Below are positions 1-10,126 of a stretch of 64,000 nt of DNA, one piece after another (the first letter of the stretch is position 1; each line of letters begins with the position of its first letter). The stretch spans positions 1 through 64,000 of the IMG/VR virus record IMGVR_UViG_3300030328_002400; one strand, given 5' to 3'. Source of the stretch: a virus. The notes beneath the pieces were generated by a model. The model made no database searches. It had not been told where the DNA came from and saw only the letters and a program-made list of their open reading frames with translations. The position numbers and the translations under genes were made by a program.

Positions 1-995
1 ATATCGAACGTTTTAGTCCAGTCGTCAGTAAATCTGTTCTCATGTCTGTTAGGTAAATCAAGATATAAATCCTTGAGATTACCTATCTTCTCACCATAAT
101 GAATAGGAACTTGATAGCTCTCTTCATATGGTTCGCATTCTACATAGCACTCTTCATAATCATCCCACTCTTCTTCAATCAACTCTGTCTTGGTTTCATA
201 CAGACCGTTCTCATGAACAATCTTGTACTCATTCTTTTCCATAAACACAGTATAATCTTGTGGATCATTACCCCATACAGCCTTTACCTTATTGTATGTA
301 TTAGATACAAAGTGCACAAGCTCTGGTGACCCGTGAAGTGTAACAACATTACGCAATGCTACAAAGAACCCTTGCTTAGTTATTCTGAAGCTGTTCTCAG
401 TCAAGAACCTGTATAGCTCGTTGGCTACCTCAGCTCTTGGATTCAAACAACACCACATAAAGAAGTTCTTTAGAGATTGATATTCATCATCTTTATCACA
501 CAGTTCCTGTAGTGTATTGTACTCACTACGACCCTGCTTGATTCTGTATACAACCTCTATAAACCTCTCTACTAGTAAACTAGGCATGGTTCTATTTGTG
601 CCTACTAGATAGCAACTACTACCTTCACTTCTGAAATCATCAAGTTCAGACAATACATCAATACCTACCTGTAGAGCCTTAGCCCTTTCAATATCTCTGC
701 GTTGTTGTTCTTTCTGATCAGCGACTTCTTGGTCCATCATAATGCATTCCAGTTCTTTTTCTGTCTTTGCATCCTGTGCACACTCATAGTCATCTTCAGT
801 AGCATTGGTTTTAGTATACATCTTACCATCACTTAAGACTACAGTTAGGTGATCATTCACCAACTTAATCTTAGAGATGTCAATGGATGAAGATGTATCC
901 TCACCCATGGCACTCTCTAGCCTTTTGGCTATTACTCTATCAATAGAGTTTTCTACTTTACTCTTGAACCAGTCAAGAGACATAAATTTGCTCAT
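1..995 (-). CDS. rIIB: rIIB-like protein (3'-truncated by window edge)
   Basis: Not in the ORF track because it runs off the window. Manual translation from ATG 995: MSKFMSLDWFKSK...ELYRFLTENSFRITKQGFFVALRNV...RFTDDWTKTFDI, matching rIIB-type motifs; directly downstream of the rIIA-like gene. Confidence 0.75.
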   Translation of the reverse strand, partial: MSKFMSLDWFKSKVENSIDRVIAKRLESAMGEDTSSSIDISKIKLVNDHLTVVLSDGKMYTKTNATEDDYECAQDAKTEKELECIMMDQEVADQKEQQRRDIERAKALQVGIDVLSELDDFRSEGSSCYLVGTNRTMPSLLVERFIEVVYRIKQGRSEYNTLQELCDKDDEYQSLKNFFMWCCLNPRAEVANELYRFLTENSFRITKQGFFVALRNVVTLHGSPELVHFVSNTYNKVKAVWGNDPQDYTVFMEKNEYKIVHENGLYETKTELIEEEWDDYEECYVECEPYEESYQVPIHYGEKIGNLKDLYLDLPNRHENRFTDDWTKTFD

Positions 996-1014
996 ATTTA
1001 TTACTTAATTAATT

Positions 1015-3360
1015 TTAAAATACGGATTCTTCCACTGTTTCCTCGTTAACAGGTTCCAAATCCTCTATCTCTTCTGTTATTTTAACGTAGTGATCGAGGT
1101 TCACTCTTCGCTTATAGTACTTCAACATGTCAACAAATATAGTTACTTGCATTGCCATGTTTTCTTTAGTACCAGCTGTATGAAATCTTTCCATCATTAA
1201 AGGTAGCCACGGTAGAGTATCAGATATCAACTCTTTCATAGCCAGGAATTCTGGATAGATTTTCATATCATAGAGATTATAGTTATCAGCAACTGCGAAC
1301 ATAGCTTCGTAAAGCTTTGTCTCACGACTACCATAGCTATTATTTCTATAATATTTGTTTCTGTACTTCCACAAAACATCTAGCTTCTCACTAAGATCTG
1401 CAGAAGACTTCTTAATTAGGTCATTCCTATGCTTAAATATAGGTTCATACTGCTTAATAAAGGTATGAATTTTAGCTGAGGTAACGATCCTTTTAAATGG
1501 TTTATTCTTGCCTTTCATGAATTCTTCGTATGATATTAAGTTATGGATTTCTAGTTTCTCAATGAGAGTCTTCTCTCTATTAGATAGTGTAATAAGCTTG
1601 ATGAAGTTATGATCTATATGTCTGTATAGTGGATCAAGTTTCATGAACTCGTCATGCACTGTATAAATAAAATATTTACCACTCTTCATCAACTCTTTCA
1701 AGTCATAGATGTTTGAAGAGAACTTACAGTTTCTCCCATCATTATATCTCTCAAGATCAACCGCTTCTTTACAAGTCATCTCACCTTTCACTTTTCTTCT
1801 ACCACCACTAAGACTAGGCTTCTTAGCCTTCTTAGCTGCTTTGTTCTGCTTCCTAGCATCTAGAAAGGCTTGTGGTACAACAAGTGCATCCAAGTCTATC
1901 CAGTCTTTAGTTAGAAGTGAAAGAACATGCTTCATATCAGCTATCCTATCATCATGTAGATGGTTAGGAACAGTTCCAAGATTCAACACTTTATGCCAAG
2001 AACTATACTTACTTAGTTGGCCCACATCATTTCGTGGTACTTCGTCCGTATGTATTTTAGCAAGAAAAACATTTCTACTATGTAGAGATCTTATATACTC
2101 CTTCTTAACACCACCTACTCTATCAGTATAATAATATACTGTTGGTGGCTTGTCATTTCTACCATATACATTTAGAAGACCACTTAGGCTCCATCCACCC
2201 ACATAAGTCTTGTCTGCATTGTAAAGCTTACCACTCTTCATAAGAAACTTACATTCAAGAGACTGCATCCACAGCTCTTTACATGTCCATAGATCACTAA
2301 ACTTACCCTTCAGACCTTTAAGTTCTGGTGTGGCAAGATCATCAGTGGCATATTTGAGAAGTTTAGTAATGTCCATATTACTACCTAGATGGTTAATAAA
2401 CCTGTCACTACTATTGTAGTAACTATAAAGAGATGTCAAGTCATCACCTGTTTCAACTTGATCATTGTACTTCTTTACAAAGTGATTGGCAAGTTGAGTG
2501 ATCTTAGCCTTGATTATATCTTTAGCTTCAGCTGTATATCGTAGTGCCTCTCTGTTTGGTGTTGGATACAGTCCATCAGTTAGACTAAATCTTACACCTA
2601 GTGGCATTCTAACTCTATCCATGTCTAGCTTCTTCCAATCAATAGGATAGTAGACATCATCTAGACACACATGCATCTCATCAACTTCACACATCTCAGA
2701 GAACTGATAGTACTCGCTTCTATGTATAGTGAAGTTATTGTCTATACCTTCTACATCAAAATACACATTCTCAAAGTAACACAGCTGTTCCTTAATCTTA
2801 GTCTGGAAGTCATACTTGTCCCAAGATTTAACCGGAATGATTACCTTGACACCATTACGCTCATCAGTAGGCTTACTATGTATAAGGTCAATAGTGTTAA
2901 CATCTTCACCTTCATACATCATATACTTACGCTCCATTCCATGCTTTCTAGCTATGAAATAGAAACTAGAACAATAAGCTAGTGGTGCTTTGAATCCTAG
3001 ACCCATCATACCAAGCTCGTTTTCACTATCACGCTTGGTTGACTTACCATACTTACTAATGATGTTCTCAACATCTTGATGGTTCAGACCTATACCAAAA
3101 TCCTCAACGCTAAACTCCCATCCTGTATCTACTACACGTAGAGACACTACAATAGGATCTGTTACACCAGCTCTTCTGTGGCTGTCTAGTGCGTTACTTG
3201 CACACTCTCGAACAGCAGAACCAACCTCATCAGAATATAGATTCTTACTCAACATCTGCATTAAGATCTGAGCTGATTCCATGTCTAATGACATCTTGGT
3301 GCTGCTTTGTGTTTCTCCACTTTGGAGAACTCTTGCTTCTTTCTGTTTTTTAATTATCAT
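1015..3360 (-). CDS. rIIA: rIIA-like protein with N-terminal GHKL/HSP90-like ATPase
   Basis: NLYSD..AVRECASNALDSH, EDFGIGL, YGKSTK, GMMGLGFKAP GHKL motifs; 781 aa; paired with rIIB-like gene. Confidence 0.85.
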   Translation of the reverse strand: MIIKKQKEARVLQSGETQSSTKMSLDMESAQILMQMLSKNLYSDEVGSAVRECASNALDSHRRAGVTDPIVVSLRVVDTGWEFSVEDFGIGLNHQDVENIISKYGKSTKRDSENELGMMGLGFKAPLAYCSSFYFIARKHGMERKYMMYEGEDVNTIDLIHSKPTDERNGVKVIIPVKSWDKYDFQTKIKEQLCYFENVYFDVEGIDNNFTIHRSEYYQFSEMCEVDEMHVCLDDVYYPIDWKKLDMDRVRMPLGVRFSLTDGLYPTPNREALRYTAEAKDIIKAKITQLANHFVKKYNDQVETGDDLTSLYSYYNSSDRFINHLGSNMDITKLLKYATDDLATPELKGLKGKFSDLWTCKELWMQSLECKFLMKSGKLYNADKTYVGGWSLSGLLNVYGRNDKPPTVYYYTDRVGGVKKEYIRSLHSRNVFLAKIHTDEVPRNDVGQLSKYSSWHKVLNLGTVPNHLHDDRIADMKHVLSLLTKDWIDLDALVVPQAFLDARKQNKAAKKAKKPSLSGGRRKVKGEMTCKEAVDLERYNDGRNCKFSSNIYDLKELMKSGKYFIYTVHDEFMKLDPLYRHIDHNFIKLITLSNREKTLIEKLEIHNLISYEEFMKGKNKPFKRIVTSAKIHTFIKQYEPIFKHRNDLIKKSSADLSEKLDVLWKYRNKYYRNNSYGSRETKLYEAMFAVADNYNLYDMKIYPEFLAMKELISDTLPWLPLMMERFHTAGTKENMAMQVTIFVDMLKYYKRRVNLDHYVKITEEIEDLEPVNEETVEESVF

Positions 3361-3377
3361 ATTTATTAATTTAATTG

Positions 3378-3764
3378 TTATTCAAAATCGAAATTGTCAT
3401 CACTTACAGTAGTATCTACCGTAGCTACTTCTTTGACTCGGAAGATATTCTTGAAATTGAAGTCCATCTTTTCTGTTGGATCATCATCCTTAGGTAATCT
3501 AAACTCATATGTTTTTGATGTATAAGGTTTAGCACCAGGATAATTTGGTGTTACGGTTCTCATAGATACAGGTACTCTGCATTTAACTGCAATGTATCTA
3601 GTTCTATTCCCAGCCCAATGATTGCTCCACTGGTGCCTCTGTGCACTAGGGCGTGGGTCTTCTACCAGTTGAAATATATGCTGGTCTGCTCCTTTGTTTG
3701 TAATTACAACATCACCCTTCTTGAGGAGTCCAATATCGGTGATGAGGTTCTGTTCTATATTCAT
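3378..3764 (-). CDS. hypothetical protein
   Basis: Co-oriented ORF; likely start ATG 3764 (MNIEQNL) after the UDG stop rather than 3821. Confidence 0.6.
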   Translation of the reverse strand: MNIEQNLITDIGLLKKGDVVITNKGADQHIFQLVEDPRPSAQRHQWSNHWAGNRTRYIAVKCRVPVSMRTVTPNYPGAKPYTSKTYEFRLPKDDDPTEKMDFNFKNIFRVKEVATVDTTVSDDNFDFE

Positions 3765-3774
3765 AATTGTAGTT

Positions 3775-4515
3775 TTAAAAGGGAGCTTCTGCATCTTTAA
3801 GCCATTCGATACTAACTCCATTGTTTTGCATTAATAATTGATCTATTTTGGTAAACACTCCTTCTGAGTCCCAGTCTATCCCTTTGTATGATGCACTGGC
3901 TGGGTGCGACACAACAAAAGAATGAGAGAATATTCCCATATATCTCTGATACTTACCTGCATCTTTACCTAGAAAGACTACTGGTATACCTAGTGGTACA
4001 AGTACATTCTCAAACAAGTATTTAATAAATGGTTCCCATATCTCAAGGTGAGAACCGGCCTTGTTCTTTTCAACTGTAAGAGAAGCATTAAGTAAGAGCA
4101 CACCTTGTGTAGCCAGATAAGCTAAGTCAGGTGTAGCATCGTAACTTAAATTAAGACCTCTATGAAACTCAGTCTCAAAGGCTTTGTACAGCTGCTTCAA
4201 TGATGGTTGAATATATCCTGTAACAGAACAGCTCATCATAAGACCGTCCGCTACAGGTAGATTGTTCTTAAATGTATGATAAGGACACATGCCCATCATC
4301 ACAAACTTAAGTTCATCCATAGGTGTGAGCTTAAATGCTCTCCACACGTCACTAGAGAGAGGAGCAATAAGCTTCCCTCTCTTACTTTCTTTCTTCAGGT
4401 ATGCATAAATAGTTGCACATTCATCACTCTCGACAAATGGTTTCATCTTTGCATGCCACGAAGGGTGAAAGTTCTCTTTAAATTTATCCCAATTCATAAT
4501 TTTGATTTTATCCAA
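3775..4515 (-). CDS. ung: family-1 uracil-DNA glycosylase-like protein with altered catalytic motif
   Basis: VWRAFKLTP, GMCPYH (canonical GQDPYH), QPSL, QGVLLLNASLTV..AGSH, HPAS motifs. Confidence 0.8.
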   Translation of the reverse strand: MDKIKIMNWDKFKENFHPSWHAKMKPFVESDECATIYAYLKKESKRGKLIAPLSSDVWRAFKLTPMDELKFVMMGMCPYHTFKNNLPVADGLMMSCSVTGYIQPSLKQLYKAFETEFHRGLNLSYDATPDLAYLATQGVLLLNASLTVEKNKAGSHLEIWEPFIKYLFENVLVPLGIPVVFLGKDAGKYQRYMGIFSHSFVVSHPASASYKGIDWDSEGVFTKIDQLLMQNNGVSIEWLKDAEAPF

Positions 4516-5357
4516 TTTCCTAGTTTAGTTTCTGGTTTCCAATTAAGCCAAAAGCCAATAGACTCTATGTCTGCTAGCGATCTCTTAGCTTCTTTTCTAG
4601 CTTTGATAAACTTTATGTCATCGCTCATAGCTTTAGCAATATTGATTATCTTAACTTCTCTTCCTGATCCTACATTCCATGTACCACTACTACCAATAGC
4701 TGAAGATACAGCCTTGGCTACATCTTTTACATAAATGAAGTCTCTACTCTGTTCACCATCTCCAGTAACCGTAAGAGGTTTTTGTTTGTTATATTGATTC
4801 ATAAATATAGGAATGCATGATAGATAACCACCATCATTCCTTTGTCTTTCTCCATATACATTGAAGAATCTAAGTATAGCTACACTAGCAGACGGCCTGT
4901 ATGCTGAAGCTATATCTTCCATCAGCATCTTAGCGGCTGCATAAGGTGACTTAGGGTAAAGACTACACTGTTCACTAGTTGGGAAGTCTTCTGTATCACC
5001 ATAGACAGCAGCTGTAGATGCAAGAACAAAGTTCCTACACCCACAACTTATAGCCCAATTCATTAGCTTATCTGTACCGTATGCTATTTGTTGATAATAC
5101 TTCGTAGCATCAGTAAGACTCTCTTCAACAGATATAGGAGCAGCTAAATGAACCATGCTGTCAAACTTAAGATCTTCTGGTAACGGATCATCACTACCTA
5201 TAGTATGTATTATAACTGGCTCTATGCCTTGAGCTAGGTTATCTACTGTACCGGTGGTGAAGTTATCCATCACCAGTACATGATTTATCTCACTTAATAG
5301 ATATTCTACTACGTGGGAGCCTATAAAACCTGCTCCACCGGTTACTAGAACTCTCAT
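4494..5357 (-). CDS. NAD-dependent nucleotide-sugar epimerase/dehydratase (extended SDR)
   Basis: VLVTGGAGFIGSH Rossmann motif, HLAA, ASTAAVYG, YAAAK (YxxxK), LRFFNVYG, GDGEQSRDFIYVKDVA. Confidence 0.9.
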   Translation of the reverse strand: MRVLVTGGAGFIGSHVVEYLLSEINHVLVMDNFTTGTVDNLAQGIEPVIIHTIGSDDPLPEDLKFDSMVHLAAPISVEESLTDATKYYQQIAYGTDKLMNWAISCGCRNFVLASTAAVYGDTEDFPTSEQCSLYPKSPYAAAKMLMEDIASAYRPSASVAILRFFNVYGERQRNDGGYLSCIPIFMNQYNKQKPLTVTGDGEQSRDFIYVKDVAKAVSSAIGSSGTWNVGSGREVKIINIAKAMSDDIKFIKARKEAKRSLADIESIGFWLNWKPETKLGNWIKSKL

Positions 5358-5581
5358 TAGTTAATACATACTACATCCCCGTCTTCTGCTTTGGGAGTAG
5401 AGGATTCAATAACTATATAGTTGTTATCAAGTCCTTTACTCAGCATCACACAGGGTGTAAAGTTTACCTTCTGAAAGGTATTACCCTCATCATCAGAAGA
5501 ATAGATTACCTCATAGTGTTCTATCTCTGGATTCTTCTTTAGCATCTCTACTAAAGTGTTTACATAATTTCTGACTGTCAT
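5357..5581 (-). CDS. hypothetical protein
   Basis: 74 aa, overlapping stop/start with both neighbours; SSDDEGN motif common in small phage proteins. Confidence 0.65.
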   Translation of the reverse strand: MTVRNYVNTLVEMLKKNPEIEHYEVIYSSDDEGNTFQKVNFTPCVMLSKGLDNNYIVIESSTPKAEDGDVVCIN

Positions 5582-6369
5582 ACTTCTAGTTTTAATTGAT
5601 TTGCTGCTTGTACCTCTAGTACAATCTTTTCATGTTCTAACTTAGCTTGATTTGAGAAGAATTCATGGCACTTGATGTGATCTTTCATCCATCTATCTGG
5701 ATGTATCTCCTTCATTGCAAAAGTTGTATAGTTATACAGCTCCCATAATGTATCAGGTGCACCGTAGTCATGAGTAGGATTATTAAACTCTCGTTGAATC
5801 ATATTCAATTGAGTAGATTGTAAGAACTTTTCATGTGCAAACATGCGTCCTATCAATTCAGCCCTACGTTCTTCAGTAATCTTGTGGGCTTTAAAAGTTT
5901 CCTTGTCATGTACCATCTTATCAAATGCACTGCCTGCTCTCTTAATATACTCAGTGATAGCATTAGGTGCAAACTCCTGTATCCCTCCAACATGTTTCTC
6001 TGCAAAGGATCCATGATCTCCTGAGACCATACCATTTTGACATACAAATATTTGTACACCGATTGCAAACTTCAAAGTTGTAGTCTTATCATAACTATTC
6101 TGCCATACAATTTGTAGCTGCATGTCATTATCTTTGACATTGTTTATGGTATATCTACCAGTAGCTACATCACCATCTCTTGCTGTAGTGTAACTCTCTT
6201 TACCAAGTTGAAATCCTGATTGGTATATACTCTCTGTCGTTATCTCTATGAGCTCCCTATGACTAACCGGTTTATAGGTTCTAGTCTCTTTAGGAACTGG
6301 ACAGGTCAACATTATATCTTTAGCTGACCTAGTGGCTGGTGTTACCAGCGTTGCTTGATGTTTATTCAT
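5578..6369 (-). CDS. DUF932-like protein
   Basis: YKPVSH, QNSYD, FVCQNGMV, H..G, TLWELYN..T motifs. Confidence 0.7.
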   Translation of the reverse strand: MNKHQATLVTPATRSAKDIMLTCPVPKETRTYKPVSHRELIEITTESIYQSGFQLGKESYTTARDGDVATGRYTINNVKDNDMQLQIVWQNSYDKTTTLKFAIGVQIFVCQNGMVSGDHGSFAEKHVGGIQEFAPNAITEYIKRAGSAFDKMVHDKETFKAHKITEERRAELIGRMFAHEKFLQSTQLNMIQREFNNPTHDYGAPDTLWELYNYTTFAMKEIHPDRWMKDHIKCHEFFSNQAKLEHEKIVLEVQAANQLKLEV

Positions 6370-6371
6370 AT

Positions 6372-7379
6372 TTATTGTATTATTGATTTATTTATTAAGT
6401 AATCCTCTATTACTTTTAACCCGTAATGTTTAGCCAAGTCTGCCCAGTCATTTATTCCTTCTGCTAGGTATTTCTTTGGAACATTACAATAGTCAAATCC
6501 AAACTTCTCTGTAATTGCTTTTGAATTCTCCACACCTGTAGAGTCTGAATCAAAAGATAAGATCTGTCTTTCTGAGTTAGCTCTGATGTATTCTACATTA
6601 TCTTCATCAAAGCAGCCTATACCCTCGTTCTGCACTGCACAACATGTAGGGAAAACTTTCTTCATTACCATATAGTCCTTCTTACTTTTAGTTATGAATG
6701 CTGTCTGACAATCTTTGATGTCATCTCTACCATCCATAGCTGTAATAGGAACATTATTAGGCACCCATTTAAACTTCTTCTCTGCAAACGGTTTGTATAT
6801 CTTCCAGTGACCATCATATAGATAACCAAAGGTCAACACTTTAGGATCCACTACCCATCTCTTCTTGTTAAGAAACAGTTCCTGAATCGAATATATATTG
6901 TTTGCTCTGAGATCCTCCTCGTCTTGATAGTATTGATTCCAATAAGCTAACTCTTCATGTGTGAAAGGTTTAGTCTTCACTTGTATGAAAGAGTATTGCT
7001 TTACAATCTTCTTAGGTTGCTTGTATTGGGCTACCACTCTCTTGTAGTCTTTAACTTTACTACCGGATATACCCAGTCCGAAATCATTATCTATCTTCTT
7101 AAGCACCTCATCGTAGTTACTGCACATATATAACATCTTAACAAATGCAAAGCAGTCACCTTTCTTACTAGTATCACCAAAGTCATAGAATGTTACTCCA
7201 TGATGACCCTGACTAATAATAAATGATGGTGTGCGTTCTTCTCTAAATGGTGAATAGGTTTTGACATTCAGTTTCCAATTACTGTCTGGCATGTAATACC
7301 TGAATATATCATACTCAGATATCTTGTCTAATATTGCTTGTTTATTAAGCGTTTCCTTTTTTATTCCTCCTATTGCCAT
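6372..7379 (-). CDS. dnaG: DnaG-type primase (crAss-like)
   Basis: SPFREERTPSF/DFG..GDCF N-terminal region, TOPRIM ITKSKKD and FDSD, NDWAD; likely start ATG 7379, since the track start at 7403 lies inside a terminator hairpin. Confidence 0.75.
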   Translation of the reverse strand: MAIGGIKKETLNKQAILDKISEYDIFRYYMPDSNWKLNVKTYSPFREERTPSFIISQGHHGVTFYDFGDTSKKGDCFAFVKMLYMCSNYDEVLKKIDNDFGLGISGSKVKDYKRVVAQYKQPKKIVKQYSFIQVKTKPFTHEELAYWNQYYQDEEDLRANNIYSIQELFLNKKRWVVDPKVLTFGYLYDGHWKIYKPFAEKKFKWVPNNVPITAMDGRDDIKDCQTAFITKSKKDYMVMKKVFPTCCAVQNEGIGCFDEDNVEYIRANSERQILSFDSDSTGVENSKAITEKFGFDYCNVPKKYLAEGINDWADLAKHYGLKVIEDYLINKSIIQ

Positions 7380-7391
7380 ATTTATTAAATT

Positions 7392-7420
7392 AAAAAGCCC
7401 CACATTTCTGCAGGGCTTGT
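7392..7420 (-). terminator. intrinsic terminator
   Basis: Minus strand AAGCCCTG-CAGAAATG-TGGGGCTT followed by T run, downstream of the 7441-8316 gene. Confidence 0.7.
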
Positions 7421-7440
7421 ATCAAAAATTAAACACTAAT

Positions 7441-8316
7441 CTAGTAATCCCCTCCGTCCTCAGATATATAACTATCTGAAGCTACAAGGTTATCATCCGG
7501 ATTATAGTCTTCTATTTCTTTGAGAGTGTAATAGTCTTTACACCCGTACTCACCAGAGACTTTAACTACAAATCTTTCGTGCGGTCTTAGTTCTCTTGGT
7601 TTACGTGACTTCAACTGATTAACTATCTTAGGATCTGTATAGTCTACTAGTCTAAACTGACGCATAGTATATCCAGATAGGAATGCTTTGTTGTAAACAC
7701 CCTGATACTCAACAGTTTCACCATCACGTTCTTTAGTAACAACAGTAGCTAGTGCTACGATGCTATTGCACCACTCACCATCTACCTGGTCCTTAAGATC
7801 TTTTACATTACCACGCATAAGCTTTGTCCAGTCTAGTGTGAGTGTAGTTTCTGCACTCCTGTAGTCTAGTTGGCCTAACCATGTACGTAAGAAATCATAT
7901 AAGTCTTCCTCACCAATAAATGCTACTCTATAGTCACGGTTCTCTTTGAACCAATCAAATAGATTATTCTCATCATCAGCCCAGGATGTCATACCTACAC
8001 TGTTAAGGTATTGTTTCTTAGTCTGATCTCTGTTCTCACGCTCTCTATCTTCTAGAAAGAATGAAACTTTGAAGTTCTCTTTGTTCTTAACTTCCTGCAT
8101 CCAAACATCTACACGCAAGTATGTGTTACCATCTCTTGTCTCGCCTAGATAATTAGTTGCTTTACTATCCTCACCTAGTTCTATTCCAAGCACATCTTTG
8201 TACTCTTCATTTGTAGGGTTAATAGCAATAACATTGGCCTCAAATAGACCAACTTTCTTATTAAATTTACTTTCTGTGTTTGTAGATTCTCTTTTTACTC
8301 CACCTATTGTACTCAT
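7441..8316 (-). CDS. conserved replication protein, probable ssDNA-binding protein
   Basis: Located between AAA ATPase and primase; VIAINPT motif; acidic C-terminal tail (YISEDGGDY). Confidence 0.5.
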   Translation of the reverse strand: MSTIGGVKRESTNTESKFNKKVGLFEANVIAINPTNEEYKDVLGIELGEDSKATNYLGETRDGNTYLRVDVWMQEVKNKENFKVSFFLEDRERENRDQTKKQYLNSVGMTSWADDENNLFDWFKENRDYRVAFIGEEDLYDFLRTWLGQLDYRSAETTLTLDWTKLMRGNVKDLKDQVDGEWCNSIVALATVVTKERDGETVEYQGVYNKAFLSGYTMRQFRLVDYTDPKIVNQLKSRKPRELRPHERFVVKVSGEYGCKDYYTLKEIEDYNPDDNLVASDSYISEDGGDY

Positions 8317-8330
8317 ATTTATTTATTTAT

Positions 8331-8999
8331 TTAGTTATAATATTCAATTACTTGTTCTTTGATCAGCTTTAAGTTGTTAGGGATCTTTGTTGTTGCAAAC
8401 ATACCATCAGGGCTCTTGGCCGGTCTTTTTCTGTAGCGATTGGTCAAGAAGCTATACTCCACACCATCCTTTGTCTCCTCTACAATTGTATACAAACATA
8501 CGGTTAATAATCCTTCCAGCAAAACTTGATTGTCAATTAATTTACCGGCTGTCTTAATTTTGTATCCTACTATCTCACCTGCGTCTTCTATAGTCTCAGG
8601 GTGAGAGAAGTAAAAGATAACTAGGTCATCACGTAAGCCTCTTGCTGTTCTAAACATGTCAACCATGTCTTTAGCCATAACACTAAACTTTGTGAATCCT
8701 GTTTCCGTAGCTTTCTCTACCATTCTGAATCCCATAAGATAATTACTATCTTCAATAACGATAGTGTTTATATGTGGGGCCTTTTCAGAGATAACCTTAA
8801 GTAACCTAGTGACCTCAACTGGGTCATCTACCTCTTTGTAGTTTTTGTTTTCTGTGTTGTAAAGTTTACCACTACCTTTAAATGGCAGCTCTTTCTTCGC
8901 AACGTTAATTATATATGTTTCTTTGGGATCTAAGTACTTTATTGCTGTTGATTTTCCTGTCCCTGTTTCACCAACAACTCCTATTAATTTTGAACTCAT
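8331..8999 (-). CDS. AAA/P-loop ATPase (Sak4/AAA_24-like)
   Basis: Walker A GETGTGKS, Walker B IVIED, FSH, AKSPDGMF C-terminal motif. Confidence 0.75.
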   Translation of the reverse strand: MSSKLIGVVGETGTGKSTAIKYLDPKETYIINVAKKELPFKGSGKLYNTENKNYKEVDDPVEVTRLLKVISEKAPHINTIVIEDSNYLMGFRMVEKATETGFTKFSVMAKDMVDMFRTARGLRDDLVIFYFSHPETIEDAGEIVGYKIKTAGKLIDNQVLLEGLLTVCLYTIVEETKDGVEYSFLTNRYRKRPAKSPDGMFATTKIPNNLKLIKEQVIEYYN

Positions 9000-9022
9000 T
9001 TTATTATATTTATTATTATTAT

Positions 9023-10126
9023 TTAGTTATTACAAATATACGAATTTTTAGCGTATTTTATCTTGCTTTTGTCAAAGAACTCTAGTGCTTTATTAAGCCA
9101 TTTCTGCTCTGTAGATTCGTCAGATGTGATGATATAAATGTGTGATTTCTTATCAGGAGTATTGTACTCCATAGCCATACATCTATTTATCTTTTGAGCT
9201 AAGTTCTCTGCGTTACTATCGAAATAGTTTATAATCACTTTGTTTAGTGGCTTATATGTTACACCCGTATTACCGATCTTAACAACAGCCATGTGATTAC
9301 CTTCACCCTCAGCAAAACGCTGAAGTGCTCCTTTGTCCTTAGACTTACTATGATAGGAAGGTATACCTAGCTCATCAGCCACTTTAGTTGTACCACAGAA
9401 CACTAAGATACGCTCGTCTGGATTGTTTCTTAGTATTGATTTAGTTCTTCTAAGTTTGGCCACACTGTTCTGTATGATTCTCATACGGGCTAGCCTATCA
9501 AACATAGTGTTACCACCGCTGTACATCATCTTGTTAATCCTACCTGATAAGTATTTGAACTGTTGAAACTCAGTCTTCATAATCTTCTTCTTTGTGTAAG
9601 GCAGTTTGACTGTGTTGTCTAGTGGTACCTGAATGACATTGATCTCATAGTCTGCTATAACTCCCTCTTCAATAGCCTTGTGTATAGGATACTCTGCTAT
9701 AACATTGATACCTAATTCCATTCTTAGATCTCTTCTAGTCCACTTAGATAGTGTTCCTGTAAGACCTAGTACATATATGTTACGGTCAAATAGGTCCTTA
9801 CATACTTTTCTCTGAGCCTCTGATAGCAAGTGTATCTCATCAATAACAACTATATCCCACACCTCAACATGTTTACTTAAGGATCTGTGTGTTGTATATG
9901 TTACATTACCATCTCCCCATTGCATCAACTCAAACTCGTCCTGCCAAGACTGTTTAATCTTATTGTCAGGATAGGCTATAAGTATGTGTGGATTATCAAA
10001 CTGATTAAATATATTTATAGCAGTTCTAATCTTTCCAAACCTAGGACACAGGTTCAGTATACCAAACCTACCGTGGTTCATCCATACATCTGCGAACTCT
10101 TTCTGTCTTTTATCTCTTAGTGTCAT
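9023..10126 (-). CDS. superfamily 2 helicase-like protein
   Basis: Q motif (RQKE), PRFGK Walker A variant, DEIH box, LTGT motif III, QKINR motif VI-like. Confidence 0.75.
   Translation of the reverse strand: MTLRDKRQKEFADVWMNHGRFGILNLCPRFGKIRTAINIFNQFDNPHILIAYPDNKIKQSWQDEFELMQWGDGNVTYTTHRSLSKHVEVWDIVVIDEIHLLSEAQRKVCKDLFDRNIYVLGLTGTLSKWTRRDLRMELGINVIAEYPIHKAIEEGVIADYEINVIQVPLDNTVKLPYTKKKIMKTEFQQFKYLSGRINKMMYSGGNTMFDRLARMRIIQNSVAKLRRTKSILRNNPDERILVFCGTTKVADELGIPSYHSKSKDKGALQRFAEGEGNHMAVVKIGNTGVTYKPLNKVIINYFDSNAENLAQKINRCMAMEYNTPDKKSHIYIITSDESTEQKWLNKALEFFDKSKIKYAKNSYICNN
9033..9040 (-). promoter_or_regulatory. Bacteroidota-type -7 promoter element
   Basis: TATATTTG (TAnnTTTG) about 35 nt upstream of the AAA ATPase start. 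Confidence 0.5.

Noticed and set aside
6372-7379. Primase inactivation (no Zn-finger cysteines; ITKSKKD in place of the TOPRIM Glu)
   Set aside because: As far as I recall, similar variants are usual for crAss-like primases; the DxD motif is retained.
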